Of a DNA stretch of 29,637 nt, positions 10,041 through 18,300 are shown in pieces (the stretch's first letter is position 1; every line of letters starts with the position of its first letter). A program made the translations under genes and the position numbers. Source of the DNA: Myxococcota bacterium (lineage in GTDB: Bacteria; Myxococcota; JACRCW01); assembly GCA_040752415.1 (NCBI GenBank), contig JBFMGU010000130.1, forward strand, positions 1 through 29,637, read 5' to 3'. The notes below the pieces were generated by a model. The model searched no databases. It was not told where the DNA came from and saw nothing but the letters and a program-made list of their open reading frames with translations.

Positions 10041-11958
10041 AGCGCTGCTCCAGCGCCTCGGCCTCCGCGCCCAGCCCGTAGCCGCGCGCCTCCTTCACCA
10101 GCGCCATCGCCTCGCCACAGTCGCCGGCGTTGTAGTGGTCAATGGCCGCGTTGTGCAGCGCGGAGGCCAGGTTCTTGCGCAGCTCCACGCTGTCCGGCGC
10201 GTCGCGCAGGCCACGACGCAGCTCCTCCACGACGTCACCCCAGCGCTTCTCCTGCCACGGCACCATGGCGCGCTTGAACGCGCAGCTCGCCAGCAGCTTG
10301 CGACCGTTGTCCGCCACGTCGGGCGCCCAGTGCGCGGCGCTCACCACGAGGGGACGCGCCTCGTCGCAGGAGCGCTGATCGATGAGGGAACGCGCGCGGG
10401 CCAGCTGGCTGACGGCCAGGTTGTGACGGAGCGCGTCGTCGTCGGGCTGGTGCATCAGGGCGCGGAAGAGCCAGGCCTCGGCGAGCTTGGCGTCGCCACG
10501 TTGGTGCATGCGGGATGCGGCCGCGCCCCAACAGCTCCCCGCCTTCACCGCCAGCGACGGAGATCCCTTCACCGCCACCTCGCGATAGCGCTCCGCCTCC
10601 TTGTAGTCGCGCTCGGCCAGGTCCGGGCGGTCCTGCTCACAGCGTTCGAAGCCGCGCTGGTTGAGCGCGTTCCACACCGCAATGCGCGCGTTCACCTCGC
10701 TGGGGCTCAGCGACACTGCCTTGCGCGCGGCCGCCACGGACCCGTCGTAGTCCTTGCGCTCCAACCGCACGCGACTGAGCTCCGCCAGACACCCCGCCGC
10801 CGCCTTGGCCGGGGCACTCTCCGTCGGGGAATCCTGTCCTTCACAGCGCTTGTCGTTGCCCTCCCGCGCCGCCAACGCGGCCAGCACCTTCTGCCGCCGC
10901 GCTTCCACCGACGGAAGACTGACGCCGAGACCACGCGCCAGCTCGAACCAGCGCAGCGCCTCCTGCGGCTCACCCTTGTCCAGCAGCTCCTCGCCCAGCT
11001 TGCCGTAGCAGAGCGCCAGGTTGTGCAGCAGTGGACCGCGTTTGTCGTCGGAGACGCCGTCCAGGCCCAGTTGCAGCAGCGGCACCGCGTCGGCGTGACG
11101 GTTCTGCTCCATGAGGTCCGCCGCGGCGTTGACCAGGATGGTGGCGCGCCATTCCGCCAACCGGGTCTTCTGCGGTCCCTGCCCCATCCGCGTGGCACGG
11201 TCCAGCGCCACCGCCGCGGCACGCGCGTCGCCACGCTTCACCAGATCCACGGCGCGGTTCCCGTAGATGGCCGCCACCAACGACACCGCGGGAAGCTCCA
11301 CGGCGTTCTTGTGTGCGTTGACGGGGTCCGCGGGCCGCCCGTCCAGCGTGCGACCAATGCCCAGCTGCTCGACGAACGCGGGCGTGAAGATCTTCTTGCG
11401 GTCGGGATCGAAACCGTGGGGGCTGGTGGCTTCCACGTCGACGGCGCGGCCTTCCACGGTGACCCGCGCGAAGGCGTGCGTGCTGGTGAGCATCGCGCGC
11501 GGGTTGTCCAGCAGTCCCTGCGCCGCAATCACGAACAGCACCGCCGACGAGACACAATTGAACTCGCCGGTCTCCAGCGCGCGGGTGATCTCGGTGGCGT
11601 TGGCGTCGTAGCGACGCAGCAGCGCAGCGTGCAGACCACTCAGCAGCGCCTTGCCCCGCGCCAGGGGATCCTTCTTGCGCGCCGCCCGCTCGACGACGGG
11701 ACGCACCGCCGCCACCAGCCGCTCCCGCTGCTGCTTGAGCGCGCTCTCCGGCACCCCGCTGGCCAGCAGCGCCGCGTCCACCATGTCCAGGCCGCGCCCC
11801 GCCTGCGCGTCCGCGATCATGCGCGCCTCGCGACCAACGGGTGAGGGCACGGTGAATCCGTCGCGCACGTCGACGCTGGTGGGGAGCGTGACGGTGTCGG
11901 CGCGCAGGAGCGCGGGAGCGGAGCAGAGCAGGACCAACGACGCGATGACGGTGCGCAT
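10033..11958 (-). CDS. Secreted transglutaminase-like domain protein with C-terminal TPR repeats
   Basis: Signal peptide MRTVIASLVLLCSAPALLRA. FNCVSSAVLF...HAF...DVEAT gives a candidate Cys-His-acid triad. Helical repeats include LLHNLA, LRHNLA and LRKNLA. Confidence 0.75.
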   Translation of the reverse strand: MRTVIASLVLLCSAPALLRADTVTLPTSVDVRDGFTVPSPVGREARMIADAQAGRGLDMVDAALLASGVPESALKQQRERLVAAVRPVVERAARKKDPLARGKALLSGLHAALLRRYDANATEITRALETGEFNCVSSAVLFVIAAQGLLDNPRAMLTSTHAFARVTVEGRAVDVEATSPHGFDPDRKKIFTPAFVEQLGIGRTLDGRPADPVNAHKNAVELPAVSLVAAIYGNRAVDLVKRGDARAAAVALDRATRMGQGPQKTRLAEWRATILVNAAADLMEQNRHADAVPLLQLGLDGVSDDKRGPLLHNLALCYGKLGEELLDKGEPQEALRWFELARGLGVSLPSVEARRQKVLAALAAREGNDKRCEGQDSPTESAPAKAAAGCLAELSRVRLERKDYDGSVAAARKAVSLSPSEVNARIAVWNALNQRGFERCEQDRPDLAERDYKEAERYREVAVKGSPSLAVKAGSCWGAAASRMHQRGDAKLAEAWLFRALMHQPDDDALRHNLAVSQLARARSLIDQRSCDEARPLVVSAAHWAPDVADNGRKLLASCAFKRAMVPWQEKRWGDVVEELRRGLRDAPDSVELRKNLASALHNAAIDHYNAGDCGEAMALVKEARGYGLGAEAEALEQRCR

Positions 11959-12038
11959 GGTGATGACGAGGGAGCGCTGCGCCATAGCCGACCGCGATCC
12001 GTGGTGCAGCCCCCGCGCGCTCAAGTATACGGCCGAGC

Positions 12039-13250
12039 ATGCGGAAACCACAGGAAGCGTTGCAGGAGATCCTCTCGTCGGTGCGGCCGCTGTCTACCGA
12101 GGTGGTGGATGTGCTGGAGGCGCGGGGGCGCGTGCTGGCCGAGGAAGTGCGCGCGGGCCGCGACCTGCCGCCGTGGGACAACAGCGCCATGGACGGCTAC
12201 GCGGTGCGCTCCGGCGAGACGCTGCTGGAGAACGAGCGCACGCTGCCCATTGCGTTCACCATTGCCGCGGGTGACCTGCCGGGTCCGCTGCCGACGGGAA
12301 AGGCCGCGCGCATCATGACCGGCGCCCCCATCCCGCAAGGCGCGGACGCGGTGATCATGCGCGAAGAGACCGACGAGAACGTGGCCGGCTCCGTGACGCT
12401 GCACCGCGCGGTGAAGCCGGGAGAGAACCTCCGTCACAAGGGTGACGACGTGCGCGCCGACCAGGTGGTGCTCACGCCCGGCACGGAGGTAGGGCCCGCG
12501 GAGATTGCCATGCTGTGCAGCGTGGGTCGGAGTCGCGTGCGTGTGCGTCGGAGGCCCGTGGTGGCCATCCTCAGCACCGGCGACGAGATTGCCGAAGTGG
12601 GCGACGCGCCACACCCGGCGAAGATCATCAACGGTAACGCGTGGATGCTGGCGGCGCAGGTGGCGGAGACCGGCGGGATTCCGCGGCTGCTGGGAATTGC
12701 GCGGGATACGCGGGAGGACCTGGTGGCGCACCTGCGCGCGGCCGAGCACGCCGACGTGCTGCTCACCATTGGCGGCGTGAGCGTGGGGGACTTTGACTTC
12801 GTGAAGGACGCGCTCGACGACGTGGGCGCGAAGATGGACTTCTGGAAGGTGGCCATCCGACCGGGCAAGCCGCTGGCGGTGGGGAGCATCGGGAACACGC
12901 GCGTGTTCGGGCTGCCGGGGAATCCGGTGTCCAGCTTCGTGACCTTCGAGGTCTTCGTCCGTCCGGCGCTGATGACCATGCTGGGGCACGCGCGCGTGGG
13001 ACGACGCACCGTGGCGGTGAAGGTGGTGGGGAAGTACGCGAAGAAGCCGGGACTCACGCACTATGTCCGCGCGAATCTGGAGCGAACGAAGGACGGCGTG
13101 CTGGCGCACCTGCGCACGCAGCAGTCCAGCGGCGCGGTGACCAGCATCAGCGGCGCCGACGCGCTGGTGGTGCTGGAGCACGACCGCGAGAGCGTGTCCG
13201 ACGGCGATGCCGCCGTGGCGATGGTGTTGAAGGATGGTTGGGAACGCTGA
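12039..13250 (+). CDS. moeA: Molybdopterin molybdotransferase MoeA (gephyrin-like)
   Basis: Motifs PPWDNSAMDGYAV, RIMTGAPIP, STGDE, GGVSVGDFD, RPGKP and GLPGNPVS. Confidence 0.96.
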   Translation: MRKPQEALQEILSSVRPLSTEVVDVLEARGRVLAEEVRAGRDLPPWDNSAMDGYAVRSGETLLENERTLPIAFTIAAGDLPGPLPTGKAARIMTGAPIPQGADAVIMREETDENVAGSVTLHRAVKPGENLRHKGDDVRADQVVLTPGTEVGPAEIAMLCSVGRSRVRVRRRPVVAILSTGDEIAEVGDAPHPAKIINGNAWMLAAQVAETGGIPRLLGIARDTREDLVAHLRAAEHADVLLTIGGVSVGDFDFVKDALDDVGAKMDFWKVAIRPGKPLAVGSIGNTRVFGLPGNPVSSFVTFEVFVRPALMTMLGHARVGRRTVAVKVVGKYAKKPGLTHYVRANLERTKDGVLAHLRTQQSSGAVTSISGADALVVLEHDRESVSDGDAAVAMVLKDGWER

Positions 13251-13321
13251 AGCGCGGCCCAACAGAGCGGCGAAAACCGACGAAGGTAGCTGCCGGACGC
13301 ACCTGCTGAGCTGCAGCGAAG

Positions 13322-13831
13322 TCCCTGCCAATGAGATTGGCAGGCAGCAGGAAGGGTCAAGTCCTGCTCGCCACCAGGCCGAGGGACGCGTTTCGCAGGA
13401 CTGCGTCCCCTTCGGGCCGCGCGTCCCATTCATGGTTATTATGGTCCTGCGAAGCGACACCACCGCCGAGAGGAGAGCAGGTCTTGAGCCTCTTTGTTGC
13501 CTGCCAATCTCATTGGGCGCGGCTCTCTTGGGACGACGCCCTGGGCTCCCTGCCAATGAGATTGGCAGGCAACAAAACGGCAAGTCCTGCTCACCACGAG
13601 ACCGTGGGACCCGTTTCGCAGGACTGACGGTGAGTGGATCGGTGCTCGGTCGTCCCTCGTCGCCCGCACGCCTCTTCCAGGGTAGTCCTGCGAAATCGAC
13701 ACCGCCGCGAGAGGTGAGCAGGACTTGTCGTCTTGTTGCCTGCCAATCTTATTGGCAGGGAGTCCAGGGCGTCGTCCCAAAAGAGCCGCGCCCAATCTCA
13801 TTGGGTTCGGCTCTTTTGAAACGACGCTTGG
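13322..13831. repeat. Family-A palindromic repeat cluster (BIME/REP-like mosaic)
   Basis: Units of about 75-80 bp in alternating orientation: + 13322-13402, - 13444-13516, + 13547-13625, - 13684-13761. Core palindrome CCTGCCAAT-NNN-ATTGGCAGG at 13324, 13549 and 13739, partial at 13500 and 13791. A ~35-bp linker occurs three times. Arms 13512-13595 and 13713-13796 are reverse complements with 5 mismatches in 84 nt. Confidence 0.92.
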
Positions 13832-13853
13832 CCGCAGGCGTCAGCACATCCGC

Positions 13854-14366
13854 AGGTGGCCGGCAATGGTCAGCCCGGGGCCGCGCCGTCATGACGACGG
13901 AAGACCGGTGCACGCATGCCCCGTTCACACTGTCGCAGCGACGGGGAAGCGGCCCGCAATGTAGGGGCTGCCCGTTGCCGGTAGCGCGGGAACGGTGAAG
14001 GTGGCCGGCAATGGTCAGCCCCGGGGCGGCGCTGTCATGACGACGGAAAACGACACGCAATGTGCTGGAGCAGCTGGCTCCCGTCAGCGGAGAACTGGCC
14101 CGAATCGTCCGGGCTGCCGGAGCGCGTTCTGGGTGAACCGTACGCTCCGGACGCGTGGGGGCCGGCTTGGTCGTCGTGGACCGATTTTCCGTCGTCATGA
14201 CCGCGCGGCCCGGGGCTGACCATTGCCGGCCATTGGGCCTTTTCACGCAGTGCCGGCAACGGGCAGCCCCTACATTGCTGGCCGCTTCCGCGTCGCTTCG
14301 ACAGCGTGAACGGGGCATGCGTGGACCGGTTTTCCGTCGTCATGGCCGCGCGGCCCCGGGGCTGAC
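13854..14366. repeat. Family-C ~500-bp nested inverted repeat containing GTAG-type REP-like hairpins
   Basis: Four copies of a ~50-bp unit TGGCCGGCAATGGTCAGCCC..GTCATGACGACGGAA: + 13854, + 13999, - ending 14232, - ending 14366 (truncated). Outer arms 13869-13981 and 14253-14366 differ by 8 substitutions and 1 indel. Confidence 0.92.
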
Positions 14367-14404
14367 AGATACCGCGTGCGCGGCGCATCCGCTCCCAGCG
14401 CATC
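14367..14404. repeat. 38-bp direct repeat, left copy (partner 21243-21280 inside the SDR gene)
   Basis: AGATACCGCGTGCGCGGC(G/T)CATCCGCTCCCAGCGCATC, 37/38 identical, compared base by base. Confidence 0.93.
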
Positions 14405-14633
14405 GTCGGGCGCGCTCCGCTGCGAGCTTCACCATCACGGGGCGCGAGCAGCGAGGGTGCCGCTCCCGTCGACGATTCCCGGAGGTCGCGGGGTGGCCAG
14501 GCGGGCCGTCGTCGACGCTGCGGCGGCGGCGCGTGCCCGTTAGCTTCTACGGGTCGCTCTCCGGCGCGCGCGGCCAGCCCACGCCGGACGCACCGCAGCC
14601 CGACCGCGACGCGGCACTCCGCGTGGAGGAATC

Positions 14634-14699
14634 ATGAGGCGCGCGTGCCGCGCGGGAAGGCCGGGAGTGCGGGCTCCCTCGCCTGGGGCCGGCACATGA
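14634..14699 (+). other. Possible 21-aa upstream ORF coupled to the histidine kinase start
   Basis: GGAGGA at 14625-14630 precedes ATG 14634 (MRRACRAGRPGVRAPSPGAGT*). Its TGA overlaps the kinase ATG (ATGA, 14696-14699). Confidence 0.35.
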
Positions 14700-16144
14700 G
14701 GCGCTGGCCGACCCTCTCGATCCGCGGCAAGCTCACGGCAACCGTGCTGCTGAGCACGCTGCTGCCCGTCGCCACCGGGCTGAGCGGCCTCGCCCTCCAG
14801 GAGATGCGCGAGCTCGAGCAGGACCTCGTGGCCAGCAACGTCCTCACCGCCACCACCATCGGCCACTACAGCGCCGCCGAGCTGGCTTTCCGGGACCGCG
14901 TGGCGGCGGGACGGACCCTGGAGGCGCTGCGCCGGCTGGAATACGTCGAGTCCGCGGCGCTCTATGACGCCGACGGCGCGCTCTTCACCTCCTTCCAGCG
15001 GAGCGCCGCCGCGGGCATCCCGGCCCGCCTCACTCCCCCGCCTCCGTCCACCCGCGTGTCCCGCGTGGACGCGCACCTCATGGACGTGGCCCACCCCGTG
15101 CAGCACGATGGGGTGGGGTACGGATCCATCCTCCTGCGCATCTCCACGGCCTCCCTGGAGCGACGCGTCCGGACCTACCTGCTGACCCTGGGCCTGGCGG
15201 CGTTGGCCATTGTCATGCTCTCCGTGCTCCTCGCCCTGGTGCTGGGGCGGTGGATCACCCGGCCCATCCTGGGGCTGGCAGCGGTGGCGCGACAGGTCAC
15301 GGAGCGGGCGGACTACTCGGTCCGGGCCGCCAAGCGGAGCGAGGACGAGGTGGGCGCGCTGTGCGACGCATTCAACGCCATGCTCGCGGAGCTCGGCGCG
15401 CGGCAACAGAAGGCGCAGCAGGCGGTGCAGGCCCGCGACGAGTTCCTCTCCATCGCCTCGCACGAGCTCAAGACGCCCCTGACCTCCCTGGTGCTCCAGA
15501 TCCAGTCGCTGCGCCGGATGGCGCAACGCTTCGGCTCGCTGGACCAGGCGCCTCCCGACGTGGTGGCCGCCAGCCTGGAGGGCGTGGACCGCCAGCTCAA
15601 GCGACTGGACGGGCTGGTGGGCAACCTGCTCGACGTCGCGCGCATCACCGCCGGCCGCCTGGGACTGTCGCTGGAGGACGTGGACCTCGCCAGCCTCACG
15701 CGTGACGTCGTGGAACGCTTTGCCCAGCAGGCCGCGCAAGCCGGCTGTTCCCTCGTGGTCGGCGCCGACACCCCGGTCCGCGGCCGGTGGGACCGCATCC
15801 GCGTGGAGCAGGTGATCACCAACCTGCTGTCCAACGCCGTGAAGTACGGCGCGGGCGGGCCCGTCGAGGTCTCCGTGGCGGAGGTCGGGGGCCAGGCCCG
15901 TCTTGCCGTGCGGGATCACGGCATGGGCATCTCGCCGGAGGATGTGCCGCGCATCTTCGAGCGCTTTGAACGGGCCGTCCCGGCCAGACACTACGGCGGG
16001 CTGGGCCTTGGGCTGTTCATCACCCGCCAGATCGTGACCGCACACGGGGGGACCATCAGCGTCACCAGCCAGCCGGGGCAAGGCTCGACGTTCACCGTCG
16101 ACCTGCCCCTCGCGGTTCCCGCTCCCGGCAGCCCCGCAGCATGA
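14696..16144 (+). CDS. Membrane sensor histidine kinase (periplasmic CHASE8/YfiN-like sensor, HAMP, HisKA, HATPase)
   Basis: Two TM helices flank AAELAFRD...ESAALYDADG. HAMP: ITRPI...DEVGALCDAFNAML. H-box SHELKTPL, N-box NLLSNAVKY, D/G boxes DHGMGI and GLGLGL. Confidence 0.93.
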   Translation: MRRWPTLSIRGKLTATVLLSTLLPVATGLSGLALQEMRELEQDLVASNVLTATTIGHYSAAELAFRDRVAAGRTLEALRRLEYVESAALYDADGALFTSFQRSAAAGIPARLTPPPPSTRVSRVDAHLMDVAHPVQHDGVGYGSILLRISTASLERRVRTYLLTLGLAALAIVMLSVLLALVLGRWITRPILGLAAVARQVTERADYSVRAAKRSEDEVGALCDAFNAMLAELGARQQKAQQAVQARDEFLSIASHELKTPLTSLVLQIQSLRRMAQRFGSLDQAPPDVVAASLEGVDRQLKRLDGLVGNLLDVARITAGRLGLSLEDVDLASLTRDVVERFAQQAAQAGCSLVVGADTPVRGRWDRIRVEQVITNLLSNAVKYGAGGPVEVSVAEVGGQARLAVRDHGMGISPEDVPRIFERFERAVPARHYGGLGLGLFITRQIVTAHGGTISVTSQPGQGSTFTVDLPLAVPAPGSPAA

Positions 16145-16250
16145 CGACGCTCGCGCAGCACTCCCCTCGCCGCGCCGGGTTGCGGGCCATCGTTTGCGTC
16201 GGAATGATGACTGGTCGCGCCCGCCGGGACGCGGCCCTTGGGGGTGGACC

Positions 16251-18296
16251 ATGCCGGTGCGGGTGCGCACCGCGGGCTGGGGGCGCCGCGGTGCCGGGCG
16301 CTTCGCCTTCACGCTTGCCGGTGCGCTGTGCGCGGTCGCGGGGGTCCGGGCGGAGGCCCCGGCTCCACCCACCGACGAGCTGGAGCGGATGAGCCTGGAG
16401 GAGCTGATGGCCCTGCCCGTGGCGGTGGCCACGCCGGCCCGACCCGTCCCACCCCGTCGGGCGCCGGGCCTGGTCACCGTGATCACACGCCGCGAGATCC
16501 TGGAGTCCGGCGCGCGCGACCTCGTGGACGTGCTGATGCTGGTCCCGGGATTCCACTTCGGCACCGACGTCCAGGGCTCGGTGGGCGTGGGCTTCCGCGG
16601 CCTGTGGGGCGAGGAGGGGAAGATCCTCCTGCTGGTCGACGGGCAGGAGCTCAACGAGCTGGACTACGGCACCACCCAGTGGGGCGACCACTTCCCGGTC
16701 GACCAGATCGAGCGCATCGAGATCATCCGCGGTCCGGGCTCGGTGCTCTACGGCGGTTTCGCGGAGCTGGCGGTGGTGGACGTGATCACCCGCTCCGCCG
16801 ACGAGCTTGACGGCTTCTCCGCCACCGCCACCTACGGCCAGATGCAGCGCACCTTCGCGCGGCGCACCCTGAGCCTGCAGGCGGCCACGCCGGTGCGCGG
16901 GGTGGAGGGCCTGGACCTCAACGTGGGGGCCTACTTTGGCGAGGGCCACCGCAGCGACCGGACCTACCGCGACCTGGACGGCAACAGCTTCCCCATGGCC
17001 GGCAATGCCCGGACCGACCCGCGCTACCTCAACGCCGCGCTCCGCTACCGGGACCTGCAGGTGCGCTTCATCTTCGACGGCTTCCGGGTCACCACGCGCG
17101 ACGGATTCGGCCCGGTGCTGCCCCGTCGCCTGGAGCAGGACTTCCCCGCGTCCTTCCTGGAGGCGCGCTACACCCTCAAGCCCAACGCGCACCTGACCCT
17201 CACGCCGCGCGTCAACTTCAAGCACCAGGTTCCCTGGCGCATCACCGACAAGGACTCGGCGCTGTTCAGCAACCGCTTCAACCAGCGGCTTGGCGCCAGC
17301 TTCGTCGCCGCGTGGAATCCGCACCAGCGCCTGAGCCTGCTGGCCGGGCTGGACGGCTACCTTGAGAACCACGCGCTGCTGGACCGGGAGCTGGTGGGCC
17401 TGCACCGCCTCTACAGCAACGGCCGGACCAACGTGCAGTACGCCAACCTGGCGGTGTTGGCGCAGGCCAGCGGTGACATCCTGCTCGCGGATGCCACCCT
17501 GGGGGTGCGTTATGAGCACCACAGCCACTTCGGCGGCTCGTTCGTTCCGCGGCTGGCGCTGACGCGCACCGTCGACCCCTTCCACGTCAAGGTGCTGTTT
17601 GCGCGGGCCTTCCGCTCTCCCAGCGTGCAGAACCTGGCCATCAACCCGCGCATCCGGCCCGAGCGCACCTCGGTGGTCGAGGTGGAGACGGGAGCCCGCG
17701 TGGGTCGCCACGTGGCGCTGATGCTGAGCGGGTTCCAGGTCCTGGTCGAGGATCCCATCATCTACCAGTCGTTCGTCGTCGGCACCGAGTTCGTCGAGAC
17801 CTATCGCAACCTGCGGCGGACCGGCGCGCGCGGCGTGGAAGCGGAGCTGCGCCTGCAACACCCGCGCGGGCGGCTCAACCTGGGCTACTCCTTCTACTCC
17901 GCCGTCGGCCTCAACGCGGTGGAGGTCTACGCCGTGCCGGGCCGCCCCGACGTGCTCCTGGGCTTCCCGGCGCACAAGCTGACCGTCCACGGCGCACTGT
18001 CCCTGACGCGCAAGCTCACGGTGGCGCCCTCGGCGGTGGTGGTCTCGGAGCGGTTCAGCCGGGGGGGCGTGGATGGGGCGGGGAACCCGCGCGTGGTGCG
18101 GCACGACCCGGCGCTGCTGCTCAACCTCTATTTCGGCTACCGGGATCTCGGCATCCGCGGGCTGGAGGCCGGCTTCGGCGTGTTCAACATCCTCGACGTC
18201 GATGCGCCCTTCATCCAACCCTTTGACGGCGGGCACGCGCCGCTGCCCGGTCCCTCGCGCGAGCTGATGGGCCGGGTGAGCTATGCCGCGGAGTGA
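16251..18296 (+). CDS. TonB-dependent receptor
   Basis: MSLEELM N-terminal motif, plug motifs VTVITRREI and IERIEIIRGPGSVLYG, and alternating beta-strand pattern (ARAFRSPS, PERT, GVFNILD). Confidence 0.92.
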   Translation: MPVRVRTAGWGRRGAGRFAFTLAGALCAVAGVRAEAPAPPTDELERMSLEELMALPVAVATPARPVPPRRAPGLVTVITRREILESGARDLVDVLMLVPGFHFGTDVQGSVGVGFRGLWGEEGKILLLVDGQELNELDYGTTQWGDHFPVDQIERIEIIRGPGSVLYGGFAELAVVDVITRSADELDGFSATATYGQMQRTFARRTLSLQAATPVRGVEGLDLNVGAYFGEGHRSDRTYRDLDGNSFPMAGNARTDPRYLNAALRYRDLQVRFIFDGFRVTTRDGFGPVLPRRLEQDFPASFLEARYTLKPNAHLTLTPRVNFKHQVPWRITDKDSALFSNRFNQRLGASFVAAWNPHQRLSLLAGLDGYLENHALLDRELVGLHRLYSNGRTNVQYANLAVLAQASGDILLADATLGVRYEHHSHFGGSFVPRLALTRTVDPFHVKVLFARAFRSPSVQNLAINPRIRPERTSVVEVETGARVGRHVALMLSGFQVLVEDPIIYQSFVVGTEFVETYRNLRRTGARGVEAELRLQHPRGRLNLGYSFYSAVGLNAVEVYAVPGRPDVLLGFPAHKLTVHGALSLTRKLTVAPSAVVVSERFSRGGVDGAGNPRVVRHDPALLLNLYFGYRDLGIRGLEAGFGVFNILDVDAPFIQPFDGGHAPLPGPSRELMGRVSYAAE

Positions 18297-18300
18297 AGCC

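Noticed and set aside
7297..11844. Long antisense ORFs (7297-9690, 10006-11844; likewise 14540-16654, 16092-19148, 25001-26182, 27164-29419)
   Set aside because: Shadow frames opposite well-supported genes, as expected in high-GC DNA.
13257..13320. Possible integron attC site (GCCCAAC after moeA; also GTTGGGC at 19283 before the MTase)
   Set aside because: No matching partner box or complementary arms at attC spacing, and no integron integrase is visible.
13322..14366. CRISPR array interpretation of the repeats
   Set aside because: Units alternate in orientation, are 50-115 bp long with irregular spacing, and no cas genes are in the window.
13234..14637. ORFs crossing the repeat region (e.g. 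13234-13998 +, 13749-14318 -, 14155-14637 +)
   Set aside because: No codon bias or recognisable motifs; the repeated peptides simply mirror the DNA palindromes. Only the distal end of 14155-14637 is kept as a possible remnant.
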